A stretch of 64,000 nt of DNA from an uncultured Chloroflexia bacterium (GTDB lineage Bacteria; Chloroflexota; Anaerolineae; JAAYZQ01): positions 94,367-158,366 of the forward strand of contig CAVPBH010000011.1 in assembly GCA_963701775.1 (NCBI GenBank), in the 5' to 3' direction. This document shows positions 40,075 to 49,812 of this stretch, piece after piece; within the stretch, counting starts at the first letter, position 1, and every line of letters starts with the position of its first letter. The notes below the pieces were generated by a model. That model ran no database searches. It was given only the letters and a program-made list of their open reading frames with translations, and had not been told where the DNA came from. The position numbers were made by a program, and so were the translations under genes.

Positions 40075-43000
40075 TTACCCTGTTCCCAGCCACGCCTTCG
40101 CCACGGGGCGCCAGTCGGCGTCGATGGTGAAGGGGTTGAGGCGGACCACTTGGCCGCAGTGGGGGCAGGGAAGCTCGCTGCCCAGGGCCGTGCCGGGCAC
40201 GTCGGACCAGGTGCGGCAATGAGGACACCCGAAGGAGGCCGGGCCCTCTAGCGCCCGCCAGGCCGTGACCACATACCGGCCTGCAGTGAGATTCTCCAGC
40301 CGCAAGAAGCTCACACGGCCTGAATCGTCGCCCACGGCCAGGCATTGTCCGTCCGGTGACACGGCAAAGGGACCGCCACCCTCGGCCATGAAGACAGCCA
40401 GTGCGGACCCGCTCGCCGGACCAGTTCTGTGTCCGGCCGAGATGTCCCACACGCACATTGTCCCGTCCTTCGACTGAGAGACGGCCAGCCGCCCGTCCGG
40501 CGTAACCGCTATGCTCTTCTCTGCCAGGCTGCTGGGACCAACCAGGCTGAGAATCTCCCGGCCGGTGGCCACTTCCCACACCTTGAGCGCGCTCGGCCCT
40601 GCGATCCCGCCAGAAATCGAGACGGCCAGCCTCCCGTCCGGGGTGAGTGCGACGGCCGTGATCGCCCCAAGATGCCCGCCCAGGATGCGCAGCTCCTTCG
40701 CTGTCACCACGTCCCACACCCTAAGCGTATCGTATGAGCCCGAAACGGCCAGGAGTCCGGCAGGCGTCAACGCCATAGCAATCACATCCTCCCGGCGAAC
40801 CGCAACGCTGTGCAACTCCTCCTTGGTGGCTACCACCCACACCTTGAGCAGGTCGTCGTCTGACCTCGAAACCGCAAGACGCCCGTCGGGCGTGAGCGCC
40901 ACCGACCTCACCCGGGCACTGGTAACCAGCGCGCGCAGTTTTCTGCCAGCCATCACATCCCACACGATGAGGGTCTTGTCGATCGATGCCGAGACGGCCA
41001 GTTGCCCATCCGCCGCCAGCGCCACAGCCGTGACTTCCTCCCTGTGGCCGGCCAGGGTGCGAACCAGCCTCCCACGCACGAAATCCCACACCTTGAGTGT
41101 CCCATCCCACGACGCTGAGAGGGCCCGCCTGCCATCAGGCGTCAGTGCAACGCCGCTGATGGCCGACGTATGGCCGGCCAAGGTGCGCAGCACCCTTCCG
41201 CTTGCGACATCCCACACCTTGAGGGTCTTGTCCGAGGATCCGGAAACGGCCAGCCGACCATCGGGCGCGAACGCCACGGCAGTGACTCGCTGCCGGTGGC
41301 CGGCCGGGGAATACCGATCCTGCCCGCTTGGTAGCTCCCAAGCGGCAAGTACACTTGCCGGCTGCCGATGCCGCCAGACGCCCGTCCGCCGTAACCGTGA
41401 CGGCAGTGACCTTCTCGGCATGGCCGGCAAGGGTGCACACTTCCTCTCCACTTTCGAGATTCCACACTTTGAGCACATGGTCCTCTGAGGCTGAGATGGC
41501 CCGGCTTCCATCGGGTGTCACTGCTACGGAATTGACCGGGCCACTGTGGCCGGGCAAGGTGCGTGGAACGACAGCGCCTGCGTCGCCGGCATCCAGGGCC
41601 GCCGCGATATCCCAGACCTGGAGCGTCCAGTCCTCGGACGCCGAGATGGCCAGCCGCCCATCCGGCGTCAGCGCAACATCCCTGATCGGGGCGCTATGGC
41701 CGCCACTCAGCGTGCAGAGCCTCTGTCCACTTGCCAGGTCCCATACCTTGAGTGCCTTTCCTGACGTCGAAACGGCCCTCTGCCCATCGGGCGTCATCGC
41801 GACTGCCTCAACCAGATGTGCATCGCCGGGCAGCGTCTGAAGCTCGGTGCCGAGCACAACATCCCACACCTTCAACGTTTTGTACGCTGCCGAGAGGGCC
41901 ACCCGACCATGCGCCGTGAGCGCCACGGCGCTAATCTCCTGCCTGTGGCCGGACAAGGTGCGTAGCTCTCTCCCGCTTTCCAGGTCCCACACCTTCAGCG
42001 ACTTGTCTTCGGATGCCGAAACGGCCAACCGCCCATCCGGCGTCATCGCGACAGCGGTTACGGTCTCCTTGTGACCGGCCAGGGAGCACAACTCCTTCCC
42101 GGCCGGCACGTCCCAGACAATCAACGATTTGTCCTTCGAGGCCGAGATGGCGAACCGGCCGTCCGGGGTCAGCGCGACGGCCCTGACGGAATCCCGGTGA
42201 CCGGACAAGAAGCTTAGCCACCGCCCGCGCGCAAGGCTTGCAGCCGTCGTGGCCAAATCCCACACCTTGAGCGTCCCATCCCACGATCCCGAGACGGCCA
42301 GCCGCGCGTCGGGCGTCACTGCCACTGCCCTGACCCAACCCGTATGGCCGGTGAGGGTGCTGCAGCTCCCTTCCGCTCGCAACTTCCCACACCTTGATCG
42401 TCCGATCGTCTGAACCCGAGACGGCCAGTCGCCCATCAGCCGTGATCGCCACGGTACTGAACCCCAGTCCGTGGCCAGTCAAGGTGCGCAATTCCTTCCC
42501 GAGCACCACGTCCCACACCTTGAGCGTCCCATCCCACGCCGCCGAGACGGCGAGGCGCCCGTCCGGCGTAATCGCCACGCAGGAGACCTCGTGGGTGTGG
42601 CCCGTCAGGGTGCGCAACTCCTTTCCGCTCGCCACGTCCCACACCTTGAGTGTGTGCCGGGCCGCCGAGACGGCCAGCTGCCCATCCGGTGTAATCGCCA
42701 CACAGGAGACCACCCCGGCATGGCCTGCCAGGACACGCACCTCCCGTCCGCTCGCGACGTCCCACACCCTGAGCCTGGTGTCTGCCGGCAGGGAGGACTC
42801 GCGACCCAGCGCTTCGCCTTGTGCTGAGACAGCCACTCGGCCGTCCGCAGTGAGCGCCACTGCACTGACCAGGTCGGTGTGCCCGGTCAAGGTGCGAAGA
42901 CCTCTTCCACTCTCCAGATCCCACAGCTTGAGCGTATTGTCTGCTGATCCCGACACGGCCAGCCGCCCATCCGGTGTCAGCGCCAGGGCTGTGACCGAGT

Positions 43001-45756
43001 CACCATGGCCGACCAGCGAGCGGAGCTCCCTCCCACTCGCCAAATCCCGCACCCTGAGCGTGTTGCCCGCCGAACCGACGACCAGCCGCCCGTCCGCCGT
43101 CACAGCCACGGTGTTCTCTTTACCGACATGGTCGGTCAGGGTACGCAGCAGCGCAGCGCCGGGTGCGTCCAAGCTCGCGCTCATGGGCCGCAGCCAGGGT
43201 ACGCTGGTCTCGCGGCCCGCTTGCTCCAGCAGATTGCGGAACTCCTCCTCATCGCAAGCGAGCAATCTCCCGGTGAGCTGGCAGGGGAGCTGTCGCGCGT
43301 CTCGGCTCAACATGTGGGCGGAAAGGCGCAACGCTCCCTGGAGCAGCGACAAGCGTCGCCGCCCTTCGAGGCCAAGGCCAGCTTCGGCGAGATCGGCCAG
43401 GCTATAGTCCGCGATCAGTGTCTCGACGCCGCTGCTCTCAAGCCGCGCCTCAAGATACCTGTAGTCCCACAGCAGGTCTGCGTAGGGGCTCGCGCCATCC
43501 CAGCGTGCGCAAACTGGTAAGCCAGCCTCGGCCAGCTTGCGCCGGTTGGGAGTCTGCTCGGCCCCCATCCGGAGCGGCTGGGCGTCGAAGTACGCAGCCA
43601 GCGAGGCATGCCACTCCCGCGCCGGGCGGCTCTCGGGGTGAGCGTCCGTCTGCTCCTCGCGCGTGACGTAGCGCTCCAGAACGGCCAGCTTGAAGGACTC
43701 GTAGAAGAAATCGGCCCGGCCCTCGCGCCGGGCAAGGTAGGGCCGCACCTGGCGCAGCAGCCCATAGACCGCCTCTGCTGCCCTCTGCCGGCCGGCCTCG
43801 TCGTCGGGCAGCAGCCCTTCCCGCACGAGCAGCCCGCTCAGCTCCTCGACGGTCAGCCCGGTGCGTGCGTGCGCCAGCCAGCCGAAGAGGCCCTGGGCAC
43901 GAGAAGTTCCGGCCGGACCGGCGAGTAGGCCGGGTCGCTCTCCAGCCGCCGCAGCAGCCCGGCGAAGGCCGAGACCGGCGTCGCCGCCAAAGTCGCTCTC
44001 GGATCTTCGGCGCCCAGGTCGGCAAAGGCGCCAAAGACGCGCAACTCTGCAAGCACCACCTTCAAATAGAGCGGGTTGCTGGCCCCCTCGGAGTGGATCA
44101 ACGTTTCCTGGTGGCGCTCGTCCAGCTCCTTGAGGAATTGCGACAGATAGGCGCGCACGAGCCTGCGCCGGTCCTCCAGGCTTTCGAAGGGCCTCACCTC
44201 GGCCAGGCATCGCTTGCCCGCCCGCCCGCAACGTCTCGAAGTAGGTCTCGGCCTGCGGCTCGCCGCGCTTGAAAGAGACGACCAGCTTGATCCGGGCAGG
44301 CAGCGCCAGGGGCAGCCAGGCCAGGTCGCCCAGCCCGGTCTCGAGCTGGTTCAGCCCGTCCAGCACCAGCACCGTCTTGCCGCGCTTGCCGGCGGCCGCC
44401 AGCAGCCTGGGCAACGCCGCGCGCAGCTTGTCCGGCTCGGCCGGGATCTCCTCCTCGAGCTTGCCGGCGACCTCTTTGAGCTCCCCCAGAAGCGAGCGCA
44501 GCAGCGCATCCACCGTGGTCGAGCCGTCAGAGGCGCCGATGAAGCGGTAGTGCAGGCTCTCGCCGGCCTTGAGGGTCAGCTGCAGCGCGGTCAATCCAGC
44601 GCGCCAGCAGGCTGGTCTTGCCCAGGCCGCCCGGCGCGGTCAGGAAGAAGGGCTGGCTGGAATCGTCCTGCAGGTAGCCGTCCAAGCGCGGCAGAAGTCG
44701 CCCTCTCGCTCGATAAAGCCCTCGCCGGCGGCCTGGAGGAACTGCGCCTGCTGGTCCAGCTCGCGCTGGAGGGGAGTGAGGACGGCCGCCTCGACGTGCT
44801 CCGGGTAGCGGGCCTGGATGGCGGCCTGGAGGTCCGCCAGTGACTGTGTCCGCCAGCGGCTGGCCCTCGCAGGTGAAGTCAGCCAGCCGGCCCTGAGCCA
44901 GCCGGGCATTGAAGCGCTCGGCCTTCTCCCGCTCTGCGGGTCGCCGATCTCGCCGTCCTCATCGACGCGCACCCCTGCCTGCGCCCACTGGGCGGACCAG
45001 CGCCGCCAGCGCTGCCTCGCCAGGCCGCGCTGCCCTCGCTCGGCCGTGGAGGGGCATTGCAGCGGCAGGCGGATCTCGGGCGTACTCGCCGCCGGCGTCC
45101 CAGCCGCGCCGTGTAGGCATGCGACCGGCCGCCCGGTGCGCGGGATCTCCACCGTCCCGCCAGCGCGCCAAGCTGCTACGTCGGCCTCGGCCGCGCGCGT
45201 ACCGGGGTCCGCGATGCCCTCGTTGGTGTAGACCTCGCGCAGCTGGGGCACGTCGCCGCGGCAGATACATCCAGGTACTCCGGCTGGCGCAGGTAGAAGA
45301 AGGCGTGCTCGACGCGTGCGTATGCTCGCGTGCCGCCTGCCGCGGTCACCTTGCCCCGGTGGAGCGGATTGACCAAGCGCGTGCAGGATCTCCAGCTCGG
45401 TAACGGAAGCGTCCCCCGCGTATCGCGTCCAGGCTCGGGATAGGCCGCGTAGGTCTCGCGCCGAGATGTCGTCTCCGGCCGGCACCCAGCCGCGGCGCTG
45501 GCCCAGGAAGCAGAGGAAGAAGGGCCGGCAGGCGTCGATCCGCTCCAGGCAGACCTGCACGACGCGCTTGTTCTCGCGTGGCGTCCGCCTCGGTGACGCC
45601 CCAGCGCAGGTCGATATCGACCAGGCGCAGCTTGCGCCGCTCGCACCATTCCTGGAGCCGGGGGAAGACCTGCTTGACCAGGTAGTCCCGCTCGGCGTGC
45701 ATGTCGTTGAAGGTGCTGCTGATAAAGACGTAGACCTTTTCCCATTGGACGGCCAT
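40075..45756 (-). pseudogene. Giant STAND NTPase: DUF4062-like N-terminal domain, NACHT-like P-loop NTPase, about 20 or more WD40 repeats, C-terminal zinc ribbon; at least 10 frame breaks
   Basis: N-terminus MAVQWEKVYVFISSTFNDMHAERDYLVKQVFPRLQEWCERRKLRLVDIDLRWGVTE..NKRVVQVCLERIDACRPFF. Walker A FFLTAPGGLGKTSLLARWI (about 44600-44650). Walker B TVLVLDGLNQLE. WD40 array in ORFs 41931.., 41135.., 40075.. (GH..VTAVALTPDGRLAVSGS.D.TLKVWD). C-terminus CPHCRTWSD..CPHCGQVV. The pieces are collinear across changing frames. Confidence 0.75.
40240..43130 (-). repeat. Tandem WD40-coding repeats (about 126-bp period) inside the STAND gene
   Basis: Peptide and nucleotide blocks recur (..ccggacggccg..gccgtctc..; LKVWD..G.ELRTL.GH). 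Boundaries are approximate. Confidence 0.7.
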
Positions 45757-45758
45757 AG

Positions 45759-45800
45759 CACTCACCCCAACCCTCTCCCCGGCAGGGAGAGGTAGAAGCC
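45759..45800 (+). repeat. Copy 3 of the roughly 45-bp GC-rich hairpin repeat, at the MFS stop / STAND start junction
   Basis: cactcaccccaaccctctccccggcagggagaggtagaagcc. Confidence 0.75.
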
Positions 45801-47119
45801 TCGAATCTCGTCAGCCGGAGGTGCTTCCGTTCTGCCAGAAACACCAGTCTCCCTGTGCGGCGCTCTGAACTTGAGCCAGATCGGCGGAAGTACAAGAAGA
45901 GAGGTGACGGCGGTGATCAGGAAGGGAAGCCGCGGGCTGAAGCGCTCCCACAACTGGGCACCGATCCAGGGTGCCGGCAGAGCCAGGAAGCCAGCGCTGC
46001 TGCGGAAGACGCCGGTGAATGTGCCGAGCAGGTGACGGGGCACCACTTTCGAGATCAACGACTGGTAGGCCGGCCCGAGGAAACCGCCGCCGACGCCAAA
46101 GACGACCCAGGCCAGGGCAAAGACGGCAAAGCTACCGGCCCGGAGAAAGACGGCAAACCCGGCGAAGATGAGCAGGAATCCCATCACGATCGGTACCCGC
46201 TCCCCGTGGCGGTCGGTGAGCCGCCCGAGAGCAGAGGCACAAACATGCTGGCCAGGGCATTGATGGAGCCAAGTAGGCCGATCCGCTCAATCGAGATGCC
46301 TCCCACCTTTTCCAGGTAGAGGGGTGCAAGCTCGCCGGATAGGCGGAAGGCGATGTCGGACGCGCTGTCGGTGACAAAGATCCAGGTGATCACGCCGCCG
46401 GCCAGCACCATGCCGACCATGGCGGCCATGCTTTTCTTGAACGAGGCGGCCGAGAGGCGCCCACTGCCATCCGCGCCTGGCGGGGATGGCTCTCGAGGCT
46501 CTTCCGCGAGATCTCTCCCTTCGCCTACGCGCGTACCGGGGGTCTTCCAGGCATTGGCCATCCAGATGCGCAGCCCGGCTGCGGCGGCGTAGAAGGCCGC
46601 GGCGACCACGAGCATCATCTTGAAGCCGTAGGCGCCGGCCAGCAGGCCGCCGAGGGGCGGACCGAGTACGCCGGTGACGCCGTAGATGGTATCGGTGATG
46701 CCGTATACTTTGCCGCGGTTCTGGTCACTCGAGTTCTCGGCGATGAAGGCGCTGAAGCTGGGCCCCACCAGGGCGAACGGAAACTGGTAGATCGCCAGGG
46801 CCACGATCATCCACTGCCAGGTGGGCGCCAAGAGCAACGCGGCAAAGCCGACGACGCCGCCGACGCTTCCGATCGCGATGGCCCGCAGCCGGCCAATCGA
46901 GTCGGAAATCCAGCCGCCCACGATCTGGAGCGCGAGGATGGCGATCGACGAGACGGTAAAGACCAGGCCGACCTGCCCGACGCTGGCCCCCAGCTCGGTG
47001 AGGTAGAGCGGCATGAGGATGGGAGACATGGAGCCGGCGACGTTGGCCAGAACCATGGCCAACATGAACCAGCGCATGATGGGTGTGAGGAGAGGCGGCT
47101 TCTTGGCGGTGTCGTTCAT
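45762..47119 (-). CDS. MFS transporter; one frameshift near 46226-46232
   Basis: ORF 46184..47119 (MNDTAKKPPLL.., multiple TM, GGWISDSIGRLRAI motif) joins ORF 45762..46187. Restoring one C gives LLSGRLTDRHGERVPIVMGFLLIF. The last codons read into the hairpin repeat. Confidence 0.8.
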
Positions 47120-47132
47120 GGTTTCATGGAGT

Positions 47133-47178
47133 CCACCCTCACCCCTACCCTCTCCCTGGGAAGGGAGAGGGGGAAGGC
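47133..47178 (+). repeat. Copy 4 of the roughly 45-bp GC-rich hairpin repeat
   Basis: ccaccctcacccctaccctctccctgggaagggagagggggaaggc, filling the gap between the stop at 47180 and the MFS ATG 47119. Confidence 0.8.
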
Positions 47179-47179
47179 G

Positions 47180-49294
47180 TTACAGGGCCATCGCGACGAC
47201 CTCGGCGATGTCCAGGAGCTGCGTCGAGCCGGCCTGCGGACGAGCGGCCAGAGACTCGCCGAGCATGATCAGGCAGAAGGGACAGGCGGTGGCAAGCAGG
47301 TTGGGGTTGAGGCGCGCGATCTCGTCCATGCGCACCTCGTTGACGCGCTTGCCGGCCTCGTGCTCCATCCACATGGAGCCGCCCCCGCCGCCGCAGCAGA
47401 AACCGCGCTCCCGGGACCGGGGCAGCTCGGCCAGGCGCAGGCCGGGCACGGAGGAGAGGATCCGGCGGGGCGCATCGTACACCTGGTTGTAGCGGCCCAG
47501 GTAGCAGGAATCGTGGTAGGTGGCTAGGCGCGGGGCGAGATCCTTCGGTCGCAGCGCTCCCTCAGGATGACGGGTATGGGGGGCCTCAGAGTGGCGATCC
47601 TGTGTGGGCGCGGCGGGGCTGAGCTTGAGGCGGCCGGCGGCAAGCAGCTCCTGGATGAGCTGGCTGTGGTGGAGAACCTCCCACTGACCGCCGAACTGGG
47701 GGTACTCGTTCCGCAGGGTGTTGAAGCAGTGGGGGCAGGCCGTGACGATGCGGCCGAAGTTGTACTGCTTGAGCGTCTCAACGTTCTGCTGTGCCTGCTG
47801 CTGGTAGAGGTACTCCTCGCCGGCGCGGCGTGCCCACTCGGCGTTGCAGGACTCTTCTTGGCCGAGGATGGCAAAGTCGACGCCGGCGGCGCGCATGATC
47901 TGGACGAGTGCCCGGGAGACCTTCTGATTACGCGGGTCGTAGCTGCCGGCGCAGCCGACCCAGAAGAGGATGTCCGCTTTGCCGGCATCGGCCATGAGCG
48001 GCACGTCGAGGCCGGCGGCCCAGGCGGCGCGCTGGTGGCGGGCCTGCCCCCAGGGGTTGCCCTGGCGCTCGGTGGAGCGCAGCGCCCCAGCGAGGGAGTC
48101 GGGCAGGCGGCCCTCTTCCATGGCCAGGTGGCGGCGCATCTCGACGATGTCGCCTACGGGCTCGATGAAGACGGGGCACTCCTGCTCGCAGGCACGGCAG
48201 GTGGTGCAGGACCAGAGCGTGTCGTCGTGGATGACGTCTCCGGCCAGGGGCTTGTCGGCGGGCGCGCCGGAGCCGAGCGCCAGGCGACGGAGGAAGGGCA
48301 GGGCCTTGACGATGGGCTCCTGCCATCTCCAGAGGGCGCCGGGGTATTCACTCATGCGGTCGCGCAGGTCGATGACCAGCTTTTTTGGTGAGAGGGGCTG
48401 GCCGGCGGCGTGGGCGGGGCATGCGTCCTGGCAGCGGCCGCACTCGGTGCAGGCGTCGGTGTCGAGGAGCTGCTTCCAGGTGAGGCGGTCGATGGAGCCG
48501 GCGCCGAGGGGGCCTTCGGCTTCCTCGATGTTCTCTATCTTGGGCAGGGCGCCGGGGAGATCGAGGCGGCGGAAGAGGATGTTGAGCGGGGCGGTGACGA
48601 TGTGGCGGAACTTATAGTAGGGCAGCGAGGCGACCAGTCCAAAGACGGCGAGCTGGTGGATCCAGTAGACCCAAGGGTAGAGGGGTGGAGGGAGCGCCTT
48701 GGCCGGCCCGAAGAGGCGCGCGATGGCGCTGCCGAGCCAAGACCAGGCTGCCCAATCGGGCTGCTGGCCGCGCAGGCGCAGGACCTCGATCCAGAGGCCG
48801 GTAAGCGCGATGAAGCCGAGCAGGCCGAGGATGAGGGCGTCGTCGCGGCGGATGGTGAGGCGCTCGGGGCGGAGGATGTAGCGGCGGAAGGCGGCGAGTG
48901 CCAGCCCAAGCAGGAAGAGGAGCATGAAGGCGTTGAGGGTCGCCTCGAACCAGAGGTAGAAGCCGCCGCGGAGGAAGGGGAGGCCGAGGTCGAGCTGGAC
49001 GCCGACCAGCGATGTGCCGATGAAGAAGGCGAAGAAGCCGTAGAAGATGAGACCGTGCATGAGGCCGGGGTAGGCCTGGGCAAGGACGCGGCGCTGGCCG
49101 AGGGCGTAGAGGAGGAGGCCGCCGAGACGCCGGGCGAGGTGGTCCGTGCGGAGCGCGGGCCGGCCGATGCGCCAGAGGCGGATGCGCGTCCAGAGGCCGT
49201 AGGCGACGAGGAAGCCGCAGAGGATGACGAGGGCCCAGTGGGCGGGCTCGGCCCATGCCGGGAGGTACCAGAGATCGGCGCGAAATGGCTGCAT
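47180..49294 (-). CDS. Membrane Fe-S oxidoreductase: NarI/DsrM-like polytopic N-terminal domain fused to an HdrD/DsrK-like 2x[4Fe-4S] plus CCG domain
   Basis: Intact 704-aa ORF. About 5-6 N-terminal TM helices. CTECGRCQDACP and CTTCRACEQECP ferredoxin motifs. CCG-type motifs (VGCAGSYD.., FCCGGGGG, ATACPFC). Confidence 0.8.
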   Translation of the reverse strand: MQPFRADLWYLPAWAEPAHWALVILCGFLVAYGLWTRIRLWRIGRPALRTDHLARRLGGLLLYALGQRRVLAQAYPGLMHGLIFYGFFAFFIGTSLVGVQLDLGLPFLRGGFYLWFEATLNAFMLLFLLGLALAAFRRYILRPERLTIRRDDALILGLLGFIALTGLWIEVLRLRGQQPDWAAWSWLGSAIARLFGPAKALPPPLYPWVYWIHQLAVFGLVASLPYYKFRHIVTAPLNILFRRLDLPGALPKIENIEEAEGPLGAGSIDRLTWKQLLDTDACTECGRCQDACPAHAAGQPLSPKKLVIDLRDRMSEYPGALWRWQEPIVKALPFLRRLALGSGAPADKPLAGDVIHDDTLWSCTTCRACEQECPVFIEPVGDIVEMRRHLAMEEGRLPDSLAGALRSTERQGNPWGQARHQRAAWAAGLDVPLMADAGKADILFWVGCAGSYDPRNQKVSRALVQIMRAAGVDFAILGQEESCNAEWARRAGEEYLYQQQAQQNVETLKQYNFGRIVTACPHCFNTLRNEYPQFGGQWEVLHHSQLIQELLAAGRLKLSPAAPTQDRHSEAPHTRHPEGALRPKDLAPRLATYHDSCYLGRYNQVYDAPRRILSSVPGLRLAELPRSRERGFCCGGGGGSMWMEHEAGKRVNEVRMDEIARLNPNLLATACPFCLIMLGESLAARPQAGSTQLLDIAEVVAMAL

Positions 49295-49307
49295 GGAATC
49301 AGCCCCC

Positions 49308-49508
49308 TCAGTCTATGGTCAGGAACGCGGCAGGCAGCCACAGCAGGGCAAGGATCACGAAGTGCATGAGCGTGCCCGCGAGCGTGAAGAGAATGACCAT
49401 CTCTCGCCTCTGAGCGGAAGTCAGCCCGAATCGCCTGGCGAAGAACCAGGCTCCCAGCAGGGCGACGGCCGCAAAGCTGATCAGGTCCAGGCCGATGCAG
49501 AGTGCCAT
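49308..49508 (-). CDS. Small membrane protein (2 TM), hypothetical; its stop overlaps the SD of the downstream Fe-S protein gene
   Basis: 66-aa ORF MALCIGLDLISFAAVALLGAWFF..ILFTLAGTLMHFVILALLWLPAAF. It is preceded by a 5-codon mini-ORF (ATG GAC CTG ACC AGA TAG) that has the strong SD GAGGAGG. Confidence 0.45.
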   Translation of the reverse strand: MALCIGLDLISFAAVALLGAWFFARRFGLTSAQRREMVILFTLAGTLMHFVILALLWLPAAFLTID

Positions 49509-49754
49509 GCTATCTGGTCAGGTCCATCCGGCACCTCCTCTCAACGAGACACCCACGCGCCGGCCCGCGGGCGGGCACGGAGGCCCGCCCCTGCAGGGCG
49601 CAGGCGCGGCGGTCAGGAAACCGCCGACGAACGACGGGAACGACAGCGCAGCTACGGCGGTCAGGAGACCACCGATGAAGGATAGATCCACGAGACCGCC
49701 CACGAGGATTGGAGTGTTGCGGCATTTCACCGGGCGCGGAGCGCCCACGCCGAC

Positions 49755-49812
49755 GTTCCCACGCAGAGCGTGGGAAACGCAGTTCCCGAGGGCCGGGTAT
49801 GGAAACCCGGCC
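49755..49812. terminator. Two hairpins after the FAD-oxidoreductase gene: TTCCCACGC-AGA-GCGTGGGAA and GGCCGGGT-ATGGAA-ACCCGGCC
   Basis: Read directly. The second stem abuts the TAG at 49812-49814. Confidence 0.5.

Noticed and set aside
40240-43130. Regular repeat periodicity of about 126 bp that could be mistaken for a CRISPR or other tandem array.
   Set aside because: The repeats are WD40 coding units in one continuous, though frame-broken, protein. There are no short conserved direct repeats with unique spacers and no cas genes.
46184-46190. Broken ORFs as in-frame TGA selenocysteine recoding, prompted by the presence of selA.
   Set aside because: For every split gene I checked (MFS, PKD protein, rpoB, nuoCD, rfbF, GT4) the two halves are in different frames, so recoding of a stop codon cannot join them.
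49560-49680. A direct repeat of about 25 bp (cggcggtcaggaaaccgccgacgaa / cggcggtcaggagaccaccgatgaa) and the 76-aa minus-strand ORF covering it.
   Set aside because: The ORF has no SD and reads through GC-rich repeat sequence. The true frame of the upstream FAD-oxidoreductase gene also runs through this area because of the 49946-49950 indel, so no independent feature can be supported.
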